A stretch of DNA of 32,000 nt from Xanthomonas campestris pv. campestris str. ATCC 33913 (GCF_000007145.1 NC_003902.1:5003426-5035425), one strand, 5' to 3'; positions 1-8,600 are shown, counted from the first letter of the stretch. Notes: generated by a model not told the origin, from the sequence alone. Made by a program: numbers and translations.

Positions 1-1227
1 AGGCTGAGCGATAGCATCGCTCGTCTTCATGTGCGCCATCAGATGAGCGGGGTTATCCAATGCGCCCTGGACCACAAACACGTTCTCGCCCTTCCCCACG
101 GCAGCTGTTTGATTGCTCAACACTACATGGTCGATCTGCGTTAGTCCGTTCGCTTTGGCCAAGTGGGCGCTGCTGGCCGCCAGCCGGGCACTATTGTCGT
201 CATAGTCGCGGCCAAGGCTCTGCTCCAGGCGGCGCACGTCCTCTTCGGCCTGACGATGTAGTGGGTCTTGCGAGGGCACGGCGCCCTGGAGATTGCGATA
301 GGTTGGCGTGGCGTTGTGATCTTCCCGATTCAGCTCGGGCGGGAAGGTACGCGGAGCAATCTGCTGCAATGTCGCGGGGTCGATGTCACCTGTTTGAGAG
401 AGGCCGTGCGCCTGCTGGTAGTTGATCACTGCTGCCTGCATCGACAGGCGGTAGACACCATCCTCCTGAAGTGGCTGATTGTCTGCGCCGCGATAGCCTT
501 CCGCATTCAAGGTTTGCTGCACCTTTTGAACCATCTCGGACGATCCACCGATGCGGATTGTTCCGTCATCCACGAACGGCCTGGGTTCAATGCCACGATC
601 GCGCCTTTCTGCATCGATGGACAGGCGACCGCTGACCAGATCGCCTACATAGTTCTCGTAGTGTTGGTAGTAGCGACTGTCCACCTCCATATGCACGTGA
701 ATTGCTCCTGTTGCCTGCTTGCCTTGCACGCCTAACGCCTGGCCGTACTCGACCTGATCGCCAGCCTTTACGTGGAGTGGCGACATATGCCGGACACGGA
801 GGATGACATCACCACCTTCCCGATCCAGCACATCTACCAACCCCTTTGACGTATTGACCGTACCAACAACGCCGGCAACGGGCGACGGAACATCCAGCGA
901 CCTTGAAGAAGGCCCAGAAGGCAACCTGGAATCCTCAAGCATGAAGTCCTTCTTCAACAATACCTGATCAGGACGAAGGCCATAGTCCTTACCTGCCTTG
1001 GAGACTTCGATCTCCTGGATTTCGCCACCAACCACTCCCAGCGTCCGACCTGCTTGACCGCCCACGACTTTGCCGTCGACCAGATGAGCATCACTGTTGC
1101 TTTTGGGATGGTGCGTAACTAACTCGTCGAAGTTTCCGACAGCCTCGTTGCGCTCACCTTTTTCCGCATCCCACTCAAGTTGAATGACGCGATAGGGGGT
1201 CTGCTGTTTAACATCCTGTGCTGCCAT
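1..1227 (-). CDS. Partial CDS (C-terminus lies beyond the left edge): putative T4SS-delivered antibacterial effector (X-Tfe-like) with an M23/LytM-like region, a peptidoglycan-binding domain and an XVIPCD-like C-terminal region
   Basis: Absent from the supplied ORF track because no stop codon lies inside the window. Checked by hand: plus-strand triplets in register 1-3, 4-6 ... 1225-1227 contain no TTA, CTA or TCA. That gives 409 open codons on the minus strand from the ATG at 1227, with AAGGAG 7 nt upstream. Translation starts MAAQDVKQQTPYRVIQLEW. It contains GDQVEYGQALGVQGKQATGAIHVHMEV (M23-type HxH context). It contains LNAEGYRGADNQPLQEDGVYRLSMQAAVINYQQAHGLSQTGDIDPATLQQI (PG_binding_1-like). 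The visible end, ARLAASSAHLAKANGLTQIDHVVLSNQTAAVGKGENVFVVQGALDNPAHLMAHMKTSDAI, resembles the Xanthomonas VirD4-interacting conserved domain. Confidence 0.7.
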   Translation of the reverse strand, partial: MAAQDVKQQTPYRVIQLEWDAEKGERNEAVGNFDELVTHHPKSNSDAHLVDGKVVGGQAGRTLGVVGGEIQEIEVSKAGKDYGLRPDQVLLKKDFMLEDSRLPSGPSSRSLDVPSPVAGVVGTVNTSKGLVDVLDREGGDVILRVRHMSPLHVKAGDQVEYGQALGVQGKQATGAIHVHMEVDSRYYQHYENYVGDLVSGRLSIDAERRDRGIEPRPFVDDGTIRIGGSSEMVQKVQQTLNAEGYRGADNQPLQEDGVYRLSMQAAVINYQQAHGLSQTGDIDPATLQQIAPRTFPPELNREDHNATPTYRNLQGAVPSQDPLHRQAEEDVRRLEQSLGRDYDDNSARLAASSAHLAKANGLTQIDHVVLSNQTAAVGKGENVFVVQGALDNPAHLMAHMKTSDAIAQP

Positions 1228-1241
1228 CTCCCAACTCCTTG

Positions 1242-1799
1242 TCAGTCCCTGAGATTAATCGCCCGTGTCAGGTACCAACAGCCCTGACGCTTCTCGAATA
1301 CGTATGTATCTACTTCGTATTCCATACCGAAATTTACTTTACGACCTTCGTTAGCCGTCAGCTCTACGGAGACATGAGAGCCAACCTCACTTTTTGGCTC
1401 AGGCTTGCTTCTTCCTGCGGCTAGTTGATCGAATACTTTCGCATCCTTGAAGTACCGGTAGGGGAATAATTCAAGGCGAGAGGGGCCGGTTCGCTTGGAG
1501 ATATGCGTATCTGGTGATGACTCAGTTTCTTCTTCAACCGTATGAGTCGGAACCTCGTACTCCAACGGGTCGTTAGTGAAACGGCGACGTGCGTCGTCAT
1601 TGGCAACATCGGCATATCGCTGAAGAAACGTGTTGAAATCCTTCGAGGGACAAGCGACCGGAGCTTGCTCCTTGTGCTGACTCGGATGCTCGCGCTGCGA
1701 CGCAACTGCCTGCGCAGGCGAAGTACATCCCGCCGTCGAGACACAAATCACTGCAGCAAAGGCGAGATATGGATTCAGGTGATAGGCGCCCATACTCAT
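1242..1799 (-). CDS. Lipoprotein, putative cognate immunity protein (X-Tfi-like) encoded immediately upstream of the effector
   Basis: 185-aa ORF with a strong AAGGAG about 8 nt upstream of the ATG at 1799. The N-terminus MSMGAYHLNPYLAFAAVICVSTAGC has a hydrophobic core and a lipobox-like TAGC. The stop at 1242 lies 14 nt before the effector ATG, and the effector's Shine-Dalgarno sits in the gene's last codons, so the two form an operon. GC content is lower than in the rest of the window. Confidence 0.7.
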   Translation of the reverse strand: MSMGAYHLNPYLAFAAVICVSTAGCTSPAQAVASQREHPSQHKEQAPVACPSKDFNTFLQRYADVANDDARRRFTNDPLEYEVPTHTVEEETESSPDTHISKRTGPSRLELFPYRYFKDAKVFDQLAAGRSKPEPKSEVGSHVSVELTANEGRKVNFGMEYEVDTYVFEKRQGCWYLTRAINLRD

Positions 1800-2063
1800 T
1801 ATTTCTCCTTACTTCATGGCGGAGGCATCTGAAAGCCCCCCTTGGCGGGGCCGCAAGACGACCTCAGCTTACCCATAGCTCAAGCTGTTTGGTGATCTTC
1901 CAGCCTTTTTCTGTGCGCGCAAGGAAGTAGCGGGTAACGCGGTGAGGTTGTGTTTTTTCAGGGTATGAGGGGCGCTCATATTCGGCCTACCATTGTGCGG
2001 CCTTGACCTCCCGTACATCCCCAACCCGCCATCCTCGCCCCAGCCTCAACGGGAGAACACACG

Positions 2064-2396
2064 ATGATGAAGTGGATGGGCACCGCGCTGGCCGCGGCAT
2101 TGCTGGTGAGCGGTTGCGCCAAGGTGGAGGGCGAGAAGTTCGTCGGCCACTGGGTCAACGTGCAGACGCAGGAAGAGACGATGGACATCGAGCGCAATGG
2201 CGAGACCTTCATGGTCCGCAGCACCACGCCGAAGTTCTTCAGCCGCACCCCCAAGACCGAGAGCTACCCGGCGGTCTACAAGGACGGGGCGCTGCAGGTC
2301 AGCAACGATGGCGAAACGGTGAACTTCGCCATCGATGAGGCCAACGGCCACCTCAATACCGGCGGCGAGCAGTACCAGCGCGTGCCGACCAAGTAA
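2064..2396 (+). CDS. Small lipoprotein of unknown function
   Basis: 110-aa ORF. The signal peptide carries a canonical lipobox (MMKWMGTALAAALLVSGC). GGGAGA lies upstream of the ATG. A hairpin plus T-run terminator follows. Confidence 0.75.
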   Translation: MMKWMGTALAAALLVSGCAKVEGEKFVGHWVNVQTQEETMDIERNGETFMVRSTTPKFFSRTPKTESYPAVYKDGALQVSNDGETVNFAIDEANGHLNTGGEQYQRVPTK

Positions 2397-2414
2397 GGCC
2401 GCCGCTGTCGCCAG

Positions 2415-2456
2415 CGCCCGCGTGCAGACCTTGACCGTCGCACGCGGGCGTTTTTG
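2415..2456 (+). terminator. Rho-independent terminator after the lipoprotein gene
   Basis: GCGCCCGCGTGC (2415-2426) pairs with GCACGCGGGCG (2440-2450) and is followed by TTTTT (2451-2455). Confidence 0.6.
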
Positions 2457-2644
2457 CGTTCGTGGGGTTGCCGGCCGCGCCGATCGGCCGGCGCCTGCCC
2501 CTTGAGGAAACGCCAAGCATGGCCCACCGCCCGTCGCTCCGCCTGCTCTCCCCTGCCATCCAGCGCGCGCAAGCCTTACAGTGCGCAGGCACGCCAGGGT
2601 CATGGCGCTGCCCGACCGATCAATCCAGCAACTACGAGGGTGTC

Positions 2645-2743
2645 ATGAGCAAGGGGATGGACCAGAAAAAGAGCCAGAAGAAAGAGCCGGCCAAGACGCT
2701 GAAGGAAAAGCGCGCGGCCAAGCAGGAAAAGAAGGGCAAGTAA
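2645..2743 (+). CDS. Possible small lysine-rich protein (32 aa)
   Basis: The ATG at 2645 is preceded by GAGGG at a 6-nt spacing. Translation is MSKGMDQKKSQKKEPAKTLKEKRAAKQEKKGK. A 10-bp perfect hairpin follows. It is too short for confident calling from sequence alone. Confidence 0.4.
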   Translation: MSKGMDQKKSQKKEPAKTLKEKRAAKQEKKGK

Positions 2744-2768
2744 GCCGCCCGGCCTGCTACCTGGCAGA

Positions 2769-2800
2769 CGAGGTCAGGTGGATCGCCTGACCTCGCGTTT
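2769..2800 (+). terminator. Hairpin downstream of the small Lys-rich ORF (weak terminator candidate)
   Basis: CGAGGTCAGG (2769-2778) and CCTGACCTCG (2786-2795) form a perfect 10-bp stem with a 7-nt loop. Only a short T tract (CGTTT) follows. Confidence 0.35.
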
Positions 2801-2928
2801 AGGGTGACACCAGGCATCAGTGTGCGCGTTCCTGCCTGTGCACGCTCACGCGCTGCTACGCCATCGACAGGCCTTACAGGTCACTGGGCGTGCTCCGTTG
2901 TCAGCGTGACGTGCGAGACCCCCTCCCC

Positions 2929-3219
2929 TCAAGCCGCCAGCCGCTTGATCCGTGACGGCAGATCGCCCAGCGCGCGGTGCGCCTCTTCGAGCTCGTAATC
3001 GGCTTGCAGGCCCAGCCAGCAGCGCTCGGTCGTGCCGAACGCTGCAGCCAGACGCACGGCGGTGTCGGCGGTGATGCCACGCTTGCCCAGCACGATCTCG
3101 TTGATGCGGCGCGGCGGTACATCGGTGGCCCGCGCCAGTGCGTTCTGGCTGATGCCCATCGGCTCGAGGAACTCCTCAAGCAGGATTTCGCCGGGGTGGA
3201 TGTTGGGTAGGACTGTCAT
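2929..3219 (-). CDS. higA: HigA-family antitoxin / XRE-type HTH DNA-binding protein (apparently orphan)
   Basis: MTVLPNIHPGEILLEEFLEPMGISQNALARATDVPPRRINEIVLGKRGITADTAVRLAAAFGTTERCWLGLQADYELEEA is the typical HigA/VapI-type antidote sequence. I prefer the start at 3219 (MTVLPN) over the ORF-track start at 3246. Confidence 0.85.
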   Translation of the reverse strand: MTVLPNIHPGEILLEEFLEPMGISQNALARATDVPPRRINEIVLGKRGITADTAVRLAAAFGTTERCWLGLQADYELEEAHRALGDLPSRIKRLAA

Positions 3220-3293
3220 GGACAGATGCCTCTTGCTCAGTGGCAATGATCGCCGCGATTTTAATGATTGGTGTCGCAGCTATTGCTGTCGGC

Positions 3294-3324
3294 GGCAGTT
3301 ATTCGAAAGTTTCGAATAACTGCC
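3294..3324. promoter_or_regulatory. Perfect 31-nt palindrome (15-bp arms, 1-nt centre) upstream of higA; candidate operator or hairpin
   Basis: GGCAGTTATTCGAAA-G-TTTCGAATAACTGCC, verified base by base. It is AT-rich relative to its surroundings and is followed by TTTT on the plus strand. It sits between the recD stop (3388) and the higA start (3219). Confidence 0.5.
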
Positions 3325-3387
3325 TTTTGCTACAGCTCTTTGCCTGAGAACACTTTTCCCTGCCGCCATTGCGCCGGCTCGCGTCCA

Positions 3388-5625
3388 TCAGAACAACGAC
3401 CCCTGCACAGGCGTGACAGTGGGTGGTTCTGCTGTTTGCTCAACGGGTGCCGGCTGCATCTGCTCCCCACCCAACCGCCACGCCAGGCCGGAGATACGCG
3501 CGGCGTGCCGTGCGAGCGCTGCGCGCAGAGCTGCCTCGCTGCCGGCCAGGTGCAGGGCGCGGCGGGCGCGGGTGATGCCGGTGTAGAGCAGTTCGCGGCT
3601 GAGCACGCGGGCGTCGCGGGTGGGCAATTGCAGCCAGACGGTGTCGAATTCGCTGCCCTGGGCTTTATGCACGGTCATGGCGAAAGCGCTTTCGTGGGCG
3701 GGCAAGGCGGCGGGGTGGAAGCCGCGTACCTGGCTGTCGCCGTCGCCTTCGAACCAGGCGACCAACGGGCCTTGGGCACGGCGTTCGGCGACGGGGTCGG
3801 CGCGATTTGCGGTGCCGATGCTGTGGCTTGGGCCGGAAGACGCAGCTGCGTCGCTACGCGCTGTAACGGTGCTCGCGTCGCTGCGCTCCGAGGGAGCGTT
3901 TGTGTCGCTTCGCTCCGAAAAGGGACTCGCTTCGCTGCGCAGGCAGATGCCGACGTCGCCGTTGAACAGGCCGTGGCGGTAGCTGTTTTCGGTGATCAGC
4001 AGCAGGCGGCCCTGGAACCAGGGCGAGGCGCTGCCGAGGCGGCGGGCGCCGGAGCCGGATTCGGCCAGCAGTTGTTCGATGCGGGCGTTGAGGCCGCGCG
4101 CACCTTGCGGGCCGGCGCGTACGGCGGTGAGCAGGCGCAGGCGCGCGGCATCGCGCAGGGCGGCGGCGGGGTCGTGTGCATCAGCCAGCGCGCGCCAGTG
4201 CGCGAGCAGTGCGTCGCGGCCCAGGGCCAGCGGGTCCTCGCCGTCTTCGTGGAAGTGCACGCCGGCCAGTTCGCCGCTGCGTAGCAGGGCCAGGGCGGTG
4301 TCGGCGTCGCTGGTGCGAATGGCGTCGGCCAACGGGGTGAGTGCAAAGTTGTCTGCTTGGCGGTAGCCGCGTAGCAGGTGGACGCGGTGGCCTGCGAGGC
4401 CGCCGGTGTGGGTGTGGCTGATGGTGTGGCCGCCGGTCTGGATGCTGGCAGGCGTGCTGCCAGGGGGGGCGCTGCCGAGCAGCGGTTGCAGCGCGTCGGC
4501 GTCTTGCGGCTGCAGGGTATCGCCGGGGCCGGCGGCCTGCAGGATGGCGGCGAGCACGTCGCCGGCTTCCACCGAGGGTAGCTGGTCGGCGTCGCCGAGC
4601 AGGATCAGCTGGGTGCCGTCGGCCACGGCTTCGACCAGCTTGCACATCAGCGGCAGGTCGACCATGGAAGCCTCGTCGACGACGATCAGGTCGAATGGCA
4701 ACGGGTTGTCGGCGGTGTGGCGGAACTGCGGGGAGTCCGGGATGACGCCGAGCAGGCGATGCAGGGTGCTGGCACCGGTGGGCAGGGCGTCGGCCAGGGC
4801 CGGGTCGATGCCGTTGGCGATGGCGCGCGCGACGGCGGCGCGCAGGCTTTCGGCCATGCGCTCGGCGGCGCGGCCGGTGGGTGCGGCCAGGGCGATGCGC
4901 GGGGCCGGGGTGTTGGATGCGTGTGCTTGGGCGATGCGCAGCAACAGCAGGCGGGCGATGGTGGTGGTCTTGCCGGTGCCGGGGCCGCCGGTGACCAGCA
5001 GCAGGGTGCGGCGTAGGGCGAGGGCGGCGGCTTGGGCTTGGTGGTCTTGGTGGTGGGATGGCTCGGGTGGGTTCGTGCCGTCTTGGTAGATGGATGGCTC
5101 GGGCAGGCCCGTACCCTCACCCGCCCTTCGGGCACCCTCTCCCTGGGGGAGAGGGGAAGCCTGGGGGAATAACTGCTCGAACAGCGGGGCTAGCGTGGCG
5201 GCGGCGAAGGGCGGCGGCGAATGGGCGGCGATGCGTTGCAGACCTAGTGCCAAGCGGCGTTCGTACTCGCGGTAGCGGCGCAGGTAGAGCAGGCCGTGTT
5301 CGAGGACTAGCGGGCAGTCGGCGGCGGCCGGCTCTTGCGGATTCGGTTGGTCGACCCAGCGCGAGGCGGCCAGGGTGCGTTGCCAGTCGGTTGGGTCCGG
5401 GAGCGCGGGCGATGGCCCCTCGCGCGCATCCAGCAGCATGGCGGCGCGGGTGGGATCCAGCCCTGCGTGGCCGCTGGTGACGGCCAGTGAGGCGAGTGCG
5501 GCGCCGGCCAACACCTGGGGGTCGGTGTCCGGGGCCAGGCGTTGCAGGCTCTGGGCGAAGGCCAGATCTAGCGTGCGTAGGGCGCCGGCCTGGTTGAGGG
5601 CGGTTAGGAGGTTTGGGTGGTTCAT
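3388..5625 (-). CDS. recD: Exodeoxyribonuclease V alpha subunit RecD (745 aa, with low-complexity insertions)
   Basis: Walker A VTGGPGTGKTTT, VDEASMVDL, LILLGDADQLPSV, NGDVGICL and MTVHKAQGSEF helicase motifs are present. The ATG at 5625 overlaps the recB TGA (ATGA at 5625-5622). Confidence 0.95.
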   Translation of the reverse strand: MNHPNLLTALNQAGALRTLDLAFAQSLQRLAPDTDPQVLAGAALASLAVTSGHAGLDPTRAAMLLDAREGPSPALPDPTDWQRTLAASRWVDQPNPQEPAAADCPLVLEHGLLYLRRYREYERRLALGLQRIAAHSPPPFAAATLAPLFEQLFPQASPLPQGEGARRAGEGTGLPEPSIYQDGTNPPEPSHHQDHQAQAAALALRRTLLLVTGGPGTGKTTTIARLLLLRIAQAHASNTPAPRIALAAPTGRAAERMAESLRAAVARAIANGIDPALADALPTGASTLHRLLGVIPDSPQFRHTADNPLPFDLIVVDEASMVDLPLMCKLVEAVADGTQLILLGDADQLPSVEAGDVLAAILQAAGPGDTLQPQDADALQPLLGSAPPGSTPASIQTGGHTISHTHTGGLAGHRVHLLRGYRQADNFALTPLADAIRTSDADTALALLRSGELAGVHFHEDGEDPLALGRDALLAHWRALADAHDPAAALRDAARLRLLTAVRAGPQGARGLNARIEQLLAESGSGARRLGSASPWFQGRLLLITENSYRHGLFNGDVGICLRSEASPFSERSDTNAPSERSDASTVTARSDAAASSGPSHSIGTANRADPVAERRAQGPLVAWFEGDGDSQVRGFHPAALPAHESAFAMTVHKAQGSEFDTVWLQLPTRDARVLSRELLYTGITRARRALHLAGSEAALRAALARHAARISGLAWRLGGEQMQPAPVEQTAEPPTVTPVQGSLF
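3850..3940. repeat. Imperfect 27-bp (9-codon) tandem repeat, about 3.3 copies, inside recD
   Basis: The units run 3850-3876, 3877-3903 and 3904-3930, plus a partial copy. All begin GTCGCT and encode xxSERSDxx-type repeats (PFSERSDTN / APSERSDAS / TVTARSDAA). Confidence 0.7.
5111..5156. repeat. REP-like hairpin element embedded in-frame in recD
   Basis: GTACCCTCACCC-GCCCTTCGGGCA-CCCTCTCCCTGGGGGAGAGGGG. It shares the GTACCCTCACCC head and the CCCTCTCCC/GGGAGAGGG stem with the copy at 5650-5688. It is translated as SPLPQGEGARRAGEGTG. Confidence 0.65.
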
Positions 5626-8600
5626 GGGGTGGGCGTTCCCGTGGTGGACGTACCCTCACCCCAACCCCTCTCCCGAGGGGAGAGGGGCTTTAAGGCGTCA
5701 CTGGAAAGAGGCTCGGTGGGATTGCCGGCGAACAGGGCGTCCAGGGCTTGGACCAGCGCCGGATCGAAGCGCCAGGCGTAAATGCCAGGCACAGGCGTAT
5801 TGGGTGCAGGCGTATCGGACATGGCGTCGCTGGCGGGGTCGGAACCGGAGACGGAGCTGGCGCCGTTGACGGAGTCGGAGTCGGAGTCGGAACCGGAACC
5901 GGAACCGGAACCGAGGATGGAGCTGGAGTCGGCGGCGGGGTTACGGGCCGCGTCCAGGCCGCGGCAGAACAGGTAGCGCACGCCGCCGAAGTCGCGGGCG
6001 TAGTCGTAGCTGGCACCCAGGCGGAAGCGCAGCCAACGGTGCAAGGCGATGGTGTAGATCAGCGCCTGCAGTTCGTACTCGCTGTGCGCCATGGCCCGCG
6101 CCAGGGCGTCGGGGTCGTAGGCCGGCAGGCGGTTGGATTTGTAGTCGAGCACGTACCAGCGCCCGTCCGCGCAGTAGGTGAGGTCGATCAGGCCGGTCAT
6201 CAGGCCTTCCAGGCGTTGGCGCGCGCCGAAGGCCTGGCGCTCGGTGACCACGCCAAAGCGGTGCAGCAGCGCCAGCAGGGCGTCCACGCGGGTGGGCCGC
6301 ATGGCGAAGTGGAATTCCATCTCGTTGCGGCGCTGCGGCTCGGGCACCGCGGCCAGGCAGGTGCCCTCGGGCAGGGTCACGGTGAGGGTGTGGCCGACCA
6401 GGCGGGTGAGCATGGCCAGGCCGTCGTCCAGTTCGTCCTGGGCGTAGCCGCCGCGTTGCAGCGCTTCGAGAATGGCGGCGGCCTGGCCCTCGGGCGCGGG
6501 CTGGCCGGGGCACCAGTTGCGCCAGGCGGCGAAGTCGCAGCGTTCGAACACATCGTGCATGGCCACGCCGAAGCGGTTGCCAGCAAAGCGGGGGTCGAAC
6601 GCCTCCACCTCGGCGGGCGCGCTCACCGGCTCGCTGGCCGGCGGTTCGTCGCTGCCGCCACTGCTGGCGAGCGTGGCGCTGGCCATCGGGTCGCTGCCGG
6701 CGTCGGCATTGGCCAGCTGGGTGAAGCTGTAGACCCACCAGTCCGGCACCACGTGGCGCTGCGCCAGCCGCGCGGCGGGCACCTGCACCGCGTCGTCGGC
6801 GGGCAGGCGCGGCAGCGTGGCCGGCGGCGCGGTGTCGTCGAGGGCGATCACCCCTGCACCGGCGCTGGCCTGCAGTGCGGCCGGGTCGCGCAGCATCGGC
6901 GCCAGCGCGGTGCGCTCGTGCTGGTGGAAAGCACCGGTGGCGATCCACAGCGCGTGCTCGGCGCGGGTCAGGCCGACGTAGAGCAGGCGCGCGTCTTCGG
7001 CGCGCTGTTCGTGCTTCCACGCCGTCTCGGCGGTGCTCCAGCTGGCGGTGTCGTCGGCGCTCCATTTGGAGGTGTTCCAGTGCAGCTGGCGGCCATGCGG
7101 TGGCGCGTGCACCACGCAATGGCGGCCCGGGCTTTTATCGGCACGGCCAATGCCGATGTACGGCAGGAACACCAGGGGGTATTCCAGGCCCTTGCTCTTG
7201 TGCAGGGTGACGATCTGCACGCGGCGCGCGTCCGATTCCAGCCGCAGCTGCTGGGTCTCGTCATTGTCGTCGGCATTGGCGATGCGGCGTGCCAGCCAGT
7301 CGACCAGGCCGTGCGGGCCGAGCGCGCGGGTGTCGGCTTCCTGCAGCAGCTCGGCCAGTTGCAGGTAGTTGGTGAGACGGCGTTCGCCATCGACCAGGGC
7401 CAGCAGGCGTTGCCCATGCGTGGCCCCCAGATCGCCGACCAGGGCCAACGGGCCGCCGCGCTGCCAGCGTTCGCGCCAGTCCAGCGCCTGCTGCTGCCAG
7501 CGGCGATGACGCTCGCCGTCGTGTTCGAGGGCGGCAATGGCGGCGGCGTCTTCGCCGATCAGCACGGTGGCCAGCGCGGCACGCAGGCGGCTGTCGTCGC
7601 CCGGGTCGAGCAAGGCCTGCAGCAAGGCGAGCAGTTCCAGTGCTTCGTCGGTGGCGAACAGGCTCTGCTTGCCGGCCGCCACCGCAGGAATGCCCACCGC
7701 GCCCAGCGCTTGCTGGATGCGCGTGGCCTCGCCATGACTACGCACCAGCACCGCGATGTCGCCGGCCTGCACCGGGCGGCCGTTGATGCTGGCGCTGCCG
7801 TCGCGGCCACCGGCCAGCCAACCGCGGATGGCCGCCACGCAGGCAGCGGTGCACAGCTCGCGCGCGCGGCCGGCGCTCCAGGGTTTGGGTTTGCCTTTCG
7901 CGGGCGGTGGCGGCGCAGGCGCGCGCCACAGCGTCAGTGCCGGGGCCGCGGCGTCATCGCGCTGCAGATCGGCGTCGCTGCGTTTGGTACCCGGCTGCAC
8001 CGGATGAAACGCGATGCCCTCGGTGAGGAAGGCCTCGGCATAGCCAGCCTGCGCGTACAGCGCGTCGATGGCCGCCAGCACGCCGGGGCGCGAGCGGAAG
8101 TTGTGCTCCAGCGGCGGCGCGCGTTGTGCGGTGGTGGCCGCAGCCAGATAGGTCTGCACGTCGCCACCGCGGAAGCCGTAGATGGCCTGCTTGGGGTCGC
8201 CGATCAAGGCGAGCAGGCGCGGCGGCGGGGTGCCGGCAGCGTTGTCGAAATCCGCATCATCGTCCGGCGCGAATGCCGCGCCGGAGGCACCGTGCTCAGG
8301 CCCGAACACGCGCGAGAAGATCTGCCACTGGCGGTCGTCGGTGTCCTGGAATTCGTCCACCAGCGCAATGGCGTATTGCGCGCGCAGCCGCTGCACCAGC
8401 GCTTCGGCCTGCGGGCCCTGCAATGCGCGAGCGACGCCATCGACCAGGTCGTCGTAGGTTTGCACGCGGCGCTGGCGCTTGCGCTGCGCCAGCTGCAGCA
8501 CGGCATCGTCGCGCAGCGCATGCAGCAGGCGGATGCGGCGCTGCCCTTCCCACTGGCGCACCACTGCATCGGCCTGTTGCCACACGGCGAGCGCGTCGAA

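Noticed and set aside
60-735. ORF-track ORFs 60-425 (+) and 268-735 (+)
   Set aside because: They are antisense to the 409-codon open minus-strand frame, which has clear domain content and a strong RBS. The plus-strand translations have no recognisable features.
3294-3324. The 31-nt palindrome as the recD terminator or a dif site
   Set aside because: On the recD (minus) strand no T-run follows the hairpin, and the stem is AT-rich. The sequence does not resemble the XerCD dif consensus. It is kept only as a candidate operator or structural element.
3220-3387. Possible higB toxin or its remnant upstream of higA
   Set aside because: All three minus-strand frames of the 168-bp gap were inspected. 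They contain only short stop-bounded peptides with no RelE/HigB-like C-terminal pattern.
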